DNA from: Ylistrum balloti
Lineage: Eukaryota
Direction of reading: 5' to 3'
Assembly: GCF_031769215.1 (NCBI RefSeq)
Contig: NW_026782599.1
Coordinates: 124,001 to 188,000, forward strand
Length of the DNA: 64,000 nt
The notes below the pieces were generated by a model. That model was not told the DNA's origin. It ran no database searches and saw only the letters and a program-made list of their open reading frames with translations. The number at the start of each line of letters is the position of its first letter. Positions within the stretch are counted from its first letter, which is position 1. Made by a program: the position numbers and the translations under genes. This document shows positions 36,201 through 49,800 of this stretch, in pieces.

Positions 36201-39200
36201 TGAATTTTCAGTGTTTTTTGTATATCTATATACCACTCTGCCTTTATAAGAATGATTTTGAGTTTTCAGGACACCTGGCTTGAAAAGGAGAGTGATACTA
36301 TTTATCTTCTAATCTTTTGAAGGGAGCAAGCGTGGAATATTTCCTAGCAACCTAGAGTTACTCCAGACCAGTATTGACATTGAGTGCCCCAGCTACAAAG
36401 GTAACCGACTGCCCAAGGTGAGAAACACTGATCAAGAGGAGCAAAGTAAACAGCTAGCTGTTCTATCAATATCCAGCATTAGTTTTGTGACAAACTAGTG
36501 TCAAGTGACTGATTTTAAACTGAATGACACACATTGTACCTTTGTATATGTATCAATGTCAATTCAGAATTAAGTCTTGACTCTTAAGTCTAAAATATCT
36601 TGTTAGTCCCCCATCGGAAATGGAGGGGATTTAAGATTTGTGATGTGTCTATCTGTCCTTCATCTATTGGTTATCTTGTCCTCTATACCTCTAAACACAA
36701 GAGCTTAATACTTGGGACATACGTTCACTCTAGTGAGAAGATGTGTCTTGTATCAAAAGTAGGTCACTTTCATTTTGACTGTGACCTTCATCAAAGAAAA
36801 GGCTTGTCCAGGCCCTTTCTCCTCCACTACCAGCCACTGGAACCTGGTATATGGTGAGGTGATGTGTTAATGATCAAAAGTAGGTCACTTTGACCTACAT
36901 TTTGATTTTTGACCAACATCAGAGAAATATTTTATCAAGGCTCCATCTCCTAGAGAATTAGTCAAAGAAACTTCATGCTAAGAGTATGGTTTCACTTTGA
37001 TGAGATAATGTGTTCTGTATCAAAAGTAGGTAACTCTGACCTATATTTTGATTTTTGAACATCATCAAAGGAAAAGGTTGTCACGGCTCCATCTCACACG
37101 TTGCTAGTTACAGGAATTTATACTTGGTGAATTGGTTGATTTTCAACTGTTTATGTCCACTCCATTTCACAGGGCAGGGGAGAAAATAATGTTACCAAAA
37201 TGCATGTCTGCCATGTCCCAAATGTTTTTATTTTTACAGATTTTCACAATTTTTTTCCAATTTTAAACAAGAGTCAACTGTGACAATACCCCATATCAGT
37301 TTGTATTTCAGAGTTCTAAGGCAAAGGTCAAGGTCACCATTGATATTTAACAGAAAGATAACCACTCATTCTGTGACAATTATTGTGTTTATTTCTCAAA
37401 GGATTTTTGATAATTTTATTTCACTTGGTTGAAGGAACAGTGAGCTTATGCCATTTATTGGCAAGTCATCCATCATCTGTCTCTTCATCTGTCAACTTTT
37501 CCTACAAATCGCTGCTAGTCATGAACTACTGCAGGGAATCGACCAAATTTGGTTAGAAGCATCCTTAGGGGATGGGAACATATTTCATGTAGATGATGGG
37601 TCGTGGCCCCCAGGGCCTGACCTGAGCAGGCCAAAAGAGGAAATTTTGCAAGTTCTTTAAAATTCTACTCCTCCTGTGCGTTTAGGAATGATTGGATTTT
37701 GTGCAAGTTTAGTCTGTGCAAATTATTGTGAAAGGGAATCAAATTAAATCAAATTAATTCTGTATAAATAGTGGGTCTTGGCCCCATGGGAAAGGAGGTA
37801 GAGAAAAATCTTTAAAATCCTTCTTTAAGAGTGCCTGATTGTCCCAGTTAGGTCTGAAGCATGTTTGGGTGAAAGGGAATTTGTAGAAATGGTGAGTCTG
37901 TGCACCCTTGGGTGGAAAGGGCAAGGCCAAGGAGGGGAATATAATACATTCTTTAAAGTCCTTCTTTTTCTATAGAAATATCAGGATTCTGTCCTTCCTT
38001 GGTCTGAACCATACTTCGGTGAAGGGAAATGAGTTTTGTATATGTGTAAATTGTGTGTCTTCACCCTGTAGAATGGGGCCGAATTGTAGACATGGAGGAA
38101 ATTCTCTAAAATCTTTCTTTCGTGGAAATACCTTGATTCTGTTCCCAGCATACATAGTTGGAAGGAACCTTATTTTGTATCAAGCAGGAATCTGACATCA
38201 GAAATGTTGATCATAATAGGGGAAATGTAAGTTCATAAAAATCCGTTTTCTGTACAAGGATATTGTCGGACAATTCTTAATTAATGAAAGGTAAATCTGA
38301 CTTCTGTTTGACCTCAAAGCTGTGACCCAATAGACAAATAATTTCAGAAATCATTTGTCACATTTCAAATTTATTGCTAAATGACTGAATAGCTAAATTA
38401 GCCAGGCCAGCAGTGCAGGCCTTTGCGACCCCTTGTTTTCTGCTAACACAGACAGAAGACAGAATTCCTATCTTGATTGGTAATCAGTTACACACTGCAA
38501 ACCAGGTTACTTAAAAGCATCAGAATGATACAGTATCCTTTTCCTCATCAGAAACAATAATCAAAACAATGATACAAATTATATCTAACATGCCTGTGAT
38601 GTTATTTATTTTCAGTTAATGCGTAATTATGAGGGCTTTGAACCCCAGAGAGCTGGACCTCAAAAACAAATTCTGTTAAAGTTGCTCAAGGAATCAATAA
38701 GTAATATTGTGGATGAAAACGTCTTCCATTTTCACCATCTTCTGCCTTACGGAAATAAAGGTATGTTACAAAAACACCAAAGGGATGTAACTCTGGAAAT
38801 GTTTGTTAGGAGAAAAACATGAACTGATCAGTTATCTTTGGGATGGCAGTTCTAGTAAAGGATAAGTTAAAAACTTTCACAAATTCTCTATGGCCTTAGT
38901 TTAGTGAAAAGTTATCAAAAGAGATGTTGGTCTTCACAAGACCCAGATACAGTAGAATCAAATATTCCTCAGGGATGGAAAGGCATTTTGGTGCTTTATC
39001 AAAATTCTGAATTTCAGTGAGACCCAGGATCTCAACATTCCTGCTAATGAGTTTGGTAATTTTTACTATTATATGGATGTAGTTAATTCATATGTAGGAA
39101 AGTTATTTTCAAGCATGGTTTCTTTAATTTCCATGGTTCAAAATATTTATATGGTATGTGAGTATGATTTTATGCACATATTTGCACTGGCTGATCCGCA

Positions 39201-40947
39201 GGCACCTGATGGGCAGGGTGAAAAGGGGGCTGAAATTACGAAAAGAAAAAACTCAAGAGGGTGAGGTAGAATCGATTACTCTTAATGAATAGAAAACGTC
39301 TTTATGTGAAGGCTATGAATGTATTGACCTATTAGTCTTGTATTGAAATGTATTATTGAGGCAGATGATGTTAATAAAAAAGTTAATCAAAATTATATGT
39401 AAATTGCTTATTTAAATACGTACAAAAATGCTATGAAATATAACATATCAGGTTGGAATATTCTTTTAATGGGTTTAACTACCATGTAGGCCTTACTGAG
39501 TTCTACTTGTGTTCGACTTTAACGCAGATATGCATAATGATACATGGTTAGAATGGAGAGTAGGTCACAGCTAAGGGCATGAATTTAATAAATAATAGAG
39601 AAGTATCGTCAGAATTGGTGAAAGATGTCTCAATCATTTTGATATTTAAGTAAAAATCATTTGCATTGTAGAATAAGACTTGTCTGATATGTAAGAAATT
39701 TCACATGGACATATATCAAGTGCATTATATATTTGCTGCAGTAAAGTCATTCAGTACAAGTCCTTTCTTATTCTATAGTTTTGGAAATAAGACTTGATGA
39801 GGAGAGGAGGCCCACACAGTTTGATCCAGTCCCTTATAGTGATCTCCCTAGCACTTTCAAGAATGAAAACACTGGGTATGTTCATAACTGAGATATTACC
39901 TTCTGTCCAATTTTATTAGCTGATCTGCCCGAAGTGCCAAGTGATCTATAGGTTTATTGCGACATCTGTCGTCTGTCCATAAACTTTTCCTAAAAATCGC
40001 AACTAGTCATGAATGATTGAGTGGATTTTGCCCATATTTGGTGAAAAGGGGCAATGACCAAAAGGGGGAAGTTATTTAAAACCCTACTCCTCTTGCAGGA
40101 ATGATAGGATTTTGTCTAAATATGGTCTGAGGCATTCTTTGGTGAAGGGGAATCAAATTGTATAAATGGTGAGTTTGGGGGCCCCTTAGGATGGGAGGGA
40201 CAGGGCCCAATAGTGGAAAAAGATCAAATTCTATAAAATTCTGCATCTTCCTAAGGAATAAAACTGGATGTTGCCCCGATTTGGTCGGTCTTGAGTTAAG
40301 GGGAATCAATTTTGTATAATCTGTTAATCTCCTTTTTTCTCTGGACGTCTGTTGTAGAGTTAATAAATTTCACTTGAAACATAATCGGGACAGTCTCATT
40401 CATTGTCAGGACATCTGTTATAATTGAAACATAGTCGGAACATCACGAATGAATCTCATTTTCGGCTTTTCCCTGACCATAGTACTTTGAACCTCCAAAA
40501 GTAAATACTACTTGTTGTGACATAGTTTATATCATGGGGACATGAGTTCATCCACAAAACCCAACCACATGGACTATTTCTAAACACATTTGTAAAAATC
40601 TTGCGACTGCAAAAGCCGTTCACTTTGCCGAAAGCAATAATGAACTTTTTCAGAACTTATTTTTTGTTGCTTGAATTGTTCAATAATTTTCTTTTCAAGT
40701 GAGATCTAATGATATAATTACTGGGTATATAAAAGTCTGTCTGTTTGTCTGTCTCTCTGTCTCTCTCTATATATCTATATATATCTATATATTTATATAG
40801 AGAAAATTAATCACTTAACATGACATGATATATATATATATCTATATATATATATAAAAGCAAAATATTACCATGATAAATAACATTCCAACTCAAAATC
40901 TCATTTTCAATCCTTGCGACATCTTCAGGTGATTGCATTGATGCCAT

Positions 40948-41000
<53 letters not shown>

Positions 41001-42555
41001 TGTGACAACTCCTTTGTTCTGACACTACAGACAGCAGATCAATACTTACCATGACATATGAACCTGAATGCAGGATATCCTTTACAATGTTCTGTTTCAT
41101 CAGGATTGTCATCATACCACACAACATGAGGCAAACTACTTCCAATGGGGGCTCTCCATTAGGCATGCTGAAACTCCAGATACGACACTGTAAAAAGCTA
41201 GGATATCAGGTGATTGAGGTAGGTATTGATTTTTACATCAAAGTAAAGCACTGCTGCATAATAGTCTTACATGACAAAGCTTTAAAAAGATAAAATGATT
41301 TATGAAATCTTGCCAGAATAAAATATTACACAATGACTGAAGTTTTTCACTCCCTGCAGAATGAGAATAACATTGGTCTTATCTAGAGGGGAAAGATTCA
41401 TTGGTGGTAAATATGGCTTACCAAGTGATTGCCACCCAAAAACAGAGATAGACTAGTGAGAGGCATATCTTTGATGGAATGAAGTGTGAGACATCACAGA
41501 GGACTAGTGAGAGGCATATCTGTGATGGAATGAAGTGAGAGACATAACTGTGATGAAATGAAGTGAGAGACATCACAGATATGGAATGAAGTGAGAGACA
41601 TCACAGAGATGGAATGAAGTGAGAGACATCACAGAGATGGATTAGTGACAGGCAAATCTGTGATGGAATTAAGTGAGAGACATCACACAGATGGAATGAA
41701 GTGAGAGACACCACAGAGATGACAAGTGAGAGACATAACTCTGATGGAATGAAGTGTGAGACATCACAGAGATAAACTAGTGAGAGGCATATCTGTGATG
41801 GAATGAAGTGAGAGACATAACTGTGATGAAATGAAGTGAGAGACATCACAGAGATGAACTAGTGAGAGGCATATCTGTGATGGAATGAAGTGAGAGACAT
41901 AACTGTGATGAAATGAAGTGGGAGACATCACAGAGATGAACTAGTGAGAGGCATATCTGTGATGGAATGAAGTGAGAGACATAACTGTGATGGAATGAAG
42001 TGAGTCTATAAACCTACTATTTATATAGAGAGATGGAGATTTTTCCATGGTTATACCCTGGGCATTGAATCTTAGTGATGTCAAAGTATAGAGTTTATGT
42101 ATCTAGGAGTGTTCCAATCATCTATTGGTGGAGGACCCATGAGATTATAAGGAGACTGTTAGTAAAATATTAATGTTTTGGTATTAAGTATCTTGTATGG
42201 TGATTTTAGATTAAAATAGACTGCTACTGTATGGGCGGTCTGTGTTTTTTGATGGTATGTAGATGTTCTGTGATTCAGAGTCTGTTTTTTGCTTTTCCTG
42301 TGTGCTGTTTGTCTCCATACTAGATTGATAATTGAAAATTCTTAAAATGTTTTATTGCCATGAAATTTTATATTTCATTTTTCCACTTTAAGGTATATGA
42401 ATTAGTTATTCTTTCATTTGTTGTCACAGGTGCAGACTCTTCCTTACAAGGATGCTCATAGTGAGAATGCTGTGCAGAATATGACTGAGATGTTGAGGAA
42501 GAAATTAGAGCTGGACTGTAATGTTGTCCTTGATGGGACAACCGCACCCACATAA
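33228..42555 (+). CDS. FASTKD5: FAST kinase domain-containing protein, FASTKD5-like (mitochondrial RNA processing; FAST and RAP domains), about 623 aa
   Basis: Exons 33228-34521 (one 1.3-kb exon with a basic presequence-like N-terminus and helical repeats), 36323-36417 (LQTSIDIECPSYKGNRL, resembling FASTKD5 GSVGIECPDYRGNRL), 38616-38760 (FHFHHLLPY), 39779-39875, 41104-41218 (RAP: PLGMLKLQIRHCKKLGYQVIE), 42430-42555. All are GT-AG and in phase. Family call is strong; the paralog call comes from recalled motifs. Confidence 0.8.
35816..38400. mobile_element. Cluster of degenerate HINE/Helentron-like repeats in FASTKD introns 1-2 (excluding exon 36323-36417)
   Basis: Element-end-like starts at about 35816 (TTTTAGCTTAC...GTCTGTC), 36601 and 37430, with internal TCAAAAGTAGGTCAC subrepeats at 36754, 36874 and 37021. 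Similar pieces at about 39910-40320 and 43650-44480. Confidence 0.4.
40826..40996. repeat. (AT)n microsatellites (about 40826-40856 and 40950-40996)
   Basis: Direct reading. Confidence 0.93.
41450..42003. repeat. Compound minisatellite with an 82-bp higher-order unit made of three related 26-28 bp monomers
   Basis: Monomers GATGRAATGAAGTGAGAGACATCACAGA, GATGAACTAGTGAGAGGCATATCTGT and GATGGAATGAAGTGAGAGACATAACTGT. TGATGAAATGAAG recurs at 41824 and 41906. Confidence 0.9.
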
Positions 42556-42714
42556 CAATGTCTGAACATCTATCAGTGTCGAAAAAAGAGATCGACAGCC
42601 CAGTTTATGGGTGTCTGTCCTTAATGCCATTTCTCTGATGTTGTTGGTGGATAACCATTTGTAATCGTTGTATTGGGACCTTGATTCAGTAGGTGTAGCA
42701 GACATCAGTCAAAT

Positions 42715-42870
42715 GGCTGGTCGGGTGTTGCAGTGGTAACGCTCTCCCCTTTTACCTAACGGTCCGGGGTTCGATTCCTGAAATGGATGTGAAAAGGTAT
42801 GGGGTCACCTGCCCGAACACGTGATTAATATAAGGTGGAAAAACTTGCTTCGCAATTGTTGTTAAATAAA
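42715..42870 (+). mobile_element. tRNA-derived SINE 5' part
   Basis: A-box-like GTTGCAGTGGTAACG and B-box GGGTTCGATTCC, followed by a non-tRNA core (GGTATGGGGTCACCTGCCCG). No cloverleaf. Confidence 0.6.
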
Positions 42871-42889
42871 GTTTATATATTAGGTAGTT

Positions 42890-43176
42890 GAAATCAGACA
42901 GAAAATGGCCCCTTTGTCATGCTTATTGTGTGGTGGACATCAGACAGACAATGGCCCCATGTCCTGTTTTATTGTGTGGTGGACATCAGACAGACGGCTA
43001 CTTGTCCTACATTATCATGTAGTGGACATCAGACAGACAATGGCCCCTTGTCCTGTTTTATTGTGTGGTGGACATCAGACAGACGGCTACTTGTCCTAAA
43101 TTATGTAGTTGACATCAGACAGGCTTATGTCCTACATGTGGACGTAAGACATTAGATTCTGGACATCAGACAGACT
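42890..43176. repeat. Short minisatellite of alternating 40-46 bp A/B units anchored on GGACATCAGACAGAC
   Basis: Anchor recurs about 6 times, followed alternately by AATGGCCCC... and GGCTACTTG... Confidence 0.85.
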
Positions 43177-44879
43177 ATGATCTTATCTGTAGCATCTTAG
43201 ATAAAGGGTTGTCGTTATGTCGCTTCTTAAACACAAAACTCTCTCTTTGTAATTGCATGTGTCATATGGGTTTTGTAGACGATACCATTGGGGCAAGGGA
43301 GGTAACTTCATCATTTAAATCACTGTTCTTGGAGATACAGTGATAAATATATTTCTTTTTCTTCCCACTACTCATCAAGAACTACTACAACATGTCACAA
43401 TAAGCTCATTTTAACTTCACAACTATTTGGAGTTTTATGGTGCAGAATTATACGTATTTCTATGCTTCTGTCGTGATATTTAAGAGTATTTTACAAAAAA
43501 TCTTAATTTATTTTTAATATCTGTGTTTCATTTCTTAGTCAATAACAGTTATAGGGTGCTGATTTTTCTTTATGTTTTGAATTGTTCCTTGGGTGCAGAG
43601 AATGAAAGTGATTGAAACCCCAGGAGTATTGAGGATAGAGGTATAGATGACCTATTTTTGCATAATGCTTTTTTTTTCTAGCATAAGTAAAATTTTACTT
43701 CAAATTGGATCTCCTCCCATACGCTTGAACAAATTGCCACCAAATTTGGCACCAACCATCATTTGGGGAGGACAATTACAATCTTATAAATGACACTGAT
43801 TCAACCACTGTTGACTTGGAGAGCAGGGCCTGTAATGAGAAACTCTTCAATTTTGCTTAAAATACTTTTCCTTGATAGATGTCTAAGTGAAATTCTACCA
43901 AATTTGGTTTGAAAATCACTAGGAGAGGGCAGTCATGATTTATAGATGATGTTGATTTGACCCCAGAGGACATGGGGGAAGGTTTCCAAATGGGAAACTC
44001 TTCAATTTTGCTTCAAATGTTATTTCTCCTTAATGCCTCAGTGGAATTCAACCAAATTAGGTCTGAAACGTACTGGAGTAGAAAAATCATAATTTTATAA
44101 TGAAAGGTATTGTGGACCTAGGGGCTTGGGGATGAGACCATCATGGGAAATTAGGGAATATGCCTTTAAAATGCTTCCCCTCTGATATGCCTAGACAGAC
44201 TTCAACCAATTACATGTCTGTCCTGAAACATCATTGGGGGAGGGAAATGATTTTCCAATGAGTGCTGAATTTTTTACCTTTAGTTTTGTATATCATTTGA
44301 TATTTTGTGAAGCGCAGCTACATTCTCTGTGTATATTGGTCAGATGAATGTTAAAGCTTGTATGCTTCAGGTTTTGAAGTTCCTCATCACAGGCTTTAGC
44401 AACTGCATTCCTTTGAGGATTATGAAAGACCTTTAGACAAGTTCAAATTTCAGGTTCAAAGTTCAAGATTATAACTACTTTCAGATTTTTTTATTGGCAT
44501 TCTCGTTGCGACGTGCTATCCATGAGAGATTTTGGTCAAACTTCACATTCTTGCCCATTTTCTTCTGTTGTTGAATTGTGAGAGGACCAGTGTCGGTTGC
44601 CTGACTAACCATAAACTTACTTTCTTTTATAGAAGTAAAGCTACGATACTTCATAGTACATGTTTTTGTTTGTCATATCAGTTAACATTTTTTACAATAT
44701 CAAAATAATAGAATGTTGAAATTTTTTGTTGTTCATGTTTTTATTTTAAAATATAATTTTTTACTCGCCATGTTCATTATACACATAATTGACATCACCA
44801 ATGTAAGCGTCTTCTGCTTCATTGACGACACCGCCATGTAAATCTTGGTAAATCCAAATAAGAAATGTCACATTCTCAA

Positions 44880-45130
44880 ATGAGAACCAAGTATACAACA
44901 ACAGAACCAACGGGCAATAACGAGCATCAATCACATCCAGCTTCATATCACAAAAAGAAATAGAATATTTCTCTATGAGATCAGTATGGCGACCATAAAA
45001 CTTCCGCAAAAACCTGCATCTCCGTTAGTTAACGACTTCTTGCACAAAAATCTTGATGATGGGAATATGCCCATTAATATTGAATCTACTGTGATTTGTA
45101 AACACCAATTGTTGGGGATGTAGGGGTAGT
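44880..45130 (-). mobile_element. Degenerate retroelement RT C-terminal fragment (Penelope-like class)
   Basis: Minus-strand translation with stops gives PTSPTIGVYKSQ*IQY*WAYSHHQDFCARSR*LT and then LRKFYGRHTDLIEKY. This resembles the SPAYGVYISQLIRYARACS...LRKFYGRH segment I recall from invertebrate Penelope-like RTs. Confidence 0.5.
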
Positions 45131-45779
45131 TTGACGACCGTAAAGCTTCCCCATAATTAATGCATTTTATTGAATCAGAATGACGTTTCGGGCATGTTCT
45201 TTCTTTTTTGCAGACAATTAAATAATAAGTTGTTTGAGACTGCTGCCTTGATTACTAGAAGTAAAAGTGAATATGAAAGTACAAATCAATTCACAATAGT
45301 TGAAAATGTTATTGACTTTATTGCAAGAACACTTCAATCTACGACATTCCAGCGACAAAAGCATTTCCAGACTTCAGTGAACAACTACAGGACTTCAGTT
45401 AGGGAATTCGCAGGATTGATACATAGATAAGCCGGATGTTCCGTGGTGTACACATTTTCGTTAAATTACAAGGTAAAGCCTACAAAAATATCTAAACTTT
45501 CCAACACACTCCGCACTATACTCTGGAAAGATCCCTCTCTCCGCCCTCCCCGACAAGTGATTTCCCCGTGCTACCGCCTACAGCGGTTTATATCATTATC
45601 AATCTTGAAATTTAAGCTTTAGTTCTCTTATTTACGGGTTTGTTCTACAAAGAAAATCATTTTGATACACTAAGATAAATCATGATATGTTGTGAGTATT
45701 GTGATAATTGTTAGAACCCAATAGATTTTGCCAGTCCAGTCTGTAACCCAAGCAGAGTCAAATATATTGAGATGAGAGA

Positions 45780-46250
45780 GTGCAGAGGAGGACAACAAAG
45801 CAAATAGCAAGTTTAGAAAAATTGACCTATACTGTGAGGTTGAGGAAACTAGTACAGAAGAGACTTAATAGAAATATGCTAAAAATCAGGAACATTATGA
45901 CAGAGCGGCAAGAAACATGATAATATACAAACTGAGGGATACAACATTAAGAAAACCAACAACTGGACTCTTTTTTTTCAGGAACGTAACACTACGTGAA
46001 TCAGGAGACATAAGTTTACCTACTGAAATATAAATATCTGGAACTCTTTACCTGAAGAAATTGTAAACTGTTTTATCAACCGACTGGAGAGATATTGGAC
46101 AAATCAGGACGTCTCGTATGACAATTGTAAAGGCAACCATTGGAACTGTCGGCATACCAATAAACTTTGCAAAATCAGAGGAGACTGGAAGAGAGTCCAA
46201 TTAAGGCATGTTCCAAAAAAAATCATGAAGTATCATTAAGTAAGTATATC
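45780..46250 (+). mobile_element. 3' fragment of a CR1-type LINE
   Basis: Degenerate QRRTTKQIASLEKLTY and WNSLPEEIVN...FINRLERYWTNQDVSYD, colinear with the copy at 30728-31895. Confidence 0.7.
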
Positions 46251-46837
46251 ACCATATGCCTTTGAATATCGCAATATATTACAATATGAATACTGTTTGA
46301 AAAAAACCAAACAAACGAAAAAAGAAACAACAACAAAAAAAAAAAAAAGGGGGGGGGGGGGGGGGGGGGTAAGTTAAAAATGCATATGGAAGATAAACAC
46401 CGTTCCCGGAAATAGAAAGTATAGACCCATTCGACGGCGCTTTGACCGCTGTTTAATCACATTGGTCATTTTAACATGCGCACGATGATAACATTGCACT
46501 TTTTGATACTAGATGCAATTCCTACTACATCGAATGTAGCGGAGTTCTGGGATCAACTAACTCAAAATATAACGTGTCCTTCTCGTATTTGTAAAAGACC
46601 GCTTTCCATTAAACAGTTTATTACTTCGACGGCAGTTTATGAAGAAATCATCAGATAGTCATTTTATGTGAATTATATATGGATAGGCCAAAGAACCTCT
46701 AAACAATTCCTTTTCCACCCGGGCTGACGATTTGCAGTTAGTTAGTGCTAATAGTCATGATCAGGTTGACGCTTACATTGAACGGAGATACTACTCAAGC
46801 GCCCAATTAACAGCGGTAACCTTGAACGGGTTGCAAA

Positions 46838-49800
46838 ATGTCGGGGGCCTACACAAACCAGGACTATCTACCTAGTTTTGAAGAGTTGAAAGTGCCAGAG
46901 CTACCGATCTCGTCTTCTGCTCTTCGTGCAGCTAGTTTGTATATGGGCAAATACTGCGATGAACAATGCAAGGTATTTTTTTCAGTCAAAACTGATACAG
47001 AATCAGTGCAGTTGCATCTATAGCTTTAGAACGCAACGACACTGCTTCTCTCATCAAAATATACGTATACAGATTGGGAACATCCAAGTTTTGGGATTGA
47101 TATTAAGGTTTAAAAAAGGCTGTCATACTGTCCCTTACCAGCTAGAGTATTACATAATCATATTATAAACAGAAACCATGGGAAGAGTATAACATTTGAA
47201 ATTGAAATGCTGGTCATTAATTTAAGGCAAATTACTGACACCTGCCCGTCAGGTTTATGCATGTAATTCGTTTTCACTTGGTCTACTGTACATGACAGAA
47301 CAATTTGGCTCATGACATCTTCTTTCGCTCCTATTTGTCAAATAATGAATACCTAAACAGCTGTCTAGCCTAACAAACTGCTTGAGCCATTATGCACATA
47401 CAACTATTATCTATATAAACTATAGATTATCAGCTGTTCGCACTATGATGGATATTGTATAAATGAGGTCCTTTTCATATTCAATGAGGTCATTCTGTTT
47501 AGTTTGAATGGAATTCATGAGAATTACTTCAGTCCTTTTTAATTTCTTCACTTCAAACGGCTACAAAGACTGGCACTGCATTGCAAACTCTGATGATGTA
47601 ACTATTGATTGTTCATATTACAAAACTGGTATACACAAATTATTCTGGTAGTATTGAGATGGACATACAGGAGTTATGTGTTGTATGTATGTCTTACAAA
47701 GCAGAAACACATGCATTGAGTGTCCCCTTCTGCTGTGACGCGTCAGCTGGTTATCCTTCTGCACGAATTAAGGGTGCAAATTTAACAGCGAGGATTGAAT
47801 ACAAATCCAACAGACATCTGAGAGAAAATATTTTTATGTGCAGTTGATTTTTAACATTAGATATCGTGATCAGAATTCCTATCTTTGCAGCGATGTGTGT
47901 GCTTTATATATGTTGTGATGTCTTTATATTTATTGATGTTGTCATGAAGGAATTAAGTACAGTTCTGAACTCTTAATGAATTCTTAATAGATTACCTAAA
48001 AATTAGGGTAAACAAGCGTTGACGTCATTCTGTAAAGTGTTTTGTGTTAGTGACAAGTCATCATTTTGCCTTTCGTTCAAGGGTAAATGTTCATGTAAGA
48101 ACACTGCTATTGTTGTGGATACGGTAAAGGAAGACAACTCTGTTTATCTGTGCAGGCTTTCCTCAGTTAAACACGAGGTGTGATTTTGTGCTCCATTCTT
48201 GTAATTGTTTATGGATCTTATCACCTACAGATCCTTATATTTAAGCATGCAGACACACAATTACAATACAAACAGACTCTAATGCTCTAAAGAGTTTTAT
48301 TTATGAATTTGTCCATGATATAATGTCTCGATGAATTAAAGACAAAATGAAGATAGCCTGATCCTTTTGGATAATCACCATAAATTAAATTTGATGACCA
48401 CTTATTTCAATCTGTTCATTCTTATCCTGACCCCAGGAAGCCAAATCTGGCATTAATTTGAAACAATGTTTAGGACAGAATGATTTTGGAACTACATGTA
48501 CATCATCATACTGTACAAAAATGAAATAAACGCCAGGCCAATTAAACAGCTGATTCTGACAATAAAATGTCACATTTTCAAAGAAATTTTATATTTTGTA
48601 CATGTGTTGCATAAACCTAAAGACCAGATGAGATTTTATATATCACAGCGTCTGTCCATTATCTTCAATTTCAAATTATTACTGCTGTCACAAAGGGATG
48701 ATGATGGGACTTGTGCAGTCCTAAATGAAATTCAAAACCATGGCCGTGTGACATTCAGTATGACTGTCCTTTCAAGATCTTAGAAAATATTTTCGTCACT
48801 TCTTCCACTTTAGAGTTAGTTATAGTTCATCGATATTTTCGTTTCTGAAAGTCAGACCTTTACCACATTCAAGATGGTTGCTATTGGCATCATCTTAAAA
48901 ATATTGTTATTGCTACCATACTTCTAAATGTATGTACATCATGAGTGTCCAGAGTCTTTGTTAATCTTAATATTGATTATTTCTTATTTCAGGAATTTAT
49001 GTTGTGTAATGAAGAGTTGAAGGACCCAGTTCGTTGTATGAATGAGGGCAAAGAAGTGACCCGATGTGGATACGAGTTCTTGAAAAAATTGCGATTGAAC
49101 TGTAGAGAAGAATTCAATAACTATCACTCTTGTATAGATTTACGTGCTGGAAGGGATATGGATTTCAGCAAGTAAGTTAAATTTTATTTTTGATGAGATA
49201 TCTTTAGCTCATGTCATCATTACATTGTTAAGTTTATATTTAGCTCTGAACTAGATATTACAGTGAACATGTATGCAACAGCTTGGTGTTTGTCCACTCT
49301 GCTAATGTATCTTCAGTTCATCTGATCCTAAAACGCACTATTGCTATGACTCTTTGTTCATTATGATTCAGTGCTTTAGTATCTTAAAAGTTGAAGATAT
49401 TGGGTGTGTGGTTCGATCCATATCTGGGACTGTTTGTGTTTCTCAGGAGGTTCAGCTCACAGATAATGTGGTTATTGTGTTTTTAGGAAAGACACTACCC
49501 TTAATTTTTTTTTGGTAGTATGTAGTTGACCTCCAGTTGACCTCAAGAATCTTGCAGTGAATCTTTACCTCACCTCTGTAATCTTGGACTATTGGCAGAA
49601 TTAAACAATACTATTAGTTGATATGGTTTGGTTGTAAACATTACTTTGGTAGTTTATGAAACTGGATATTCATGATCAATTGACCGACCTTTTACATGTT
49701 TTTATATGTTTTTAATATAAAGCGAAAATAAAGGATTCTCAACATCCAGGAACACTCGTAGTTTTATTATAGGCTAATTCGTCGACATGTTGCGACCGCT

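Noticed and set aside
32857-43640. Approximately 35-bp similar sequences (GAAAGTGATT.AAACCC..GAGTAT) at about 32860-32900 and 43600-43640, on both sides of FASTKD5
   Set aside because: Short and diverged; most likely unrelated fragments of a dispersed repeat rather than boundaries of a mobilised gene.
45170-45430. 86-aa plus-strand ORF between retroelement fragments
   Set aside because: No recognisable motif or splice structure; it lies in TE debris.
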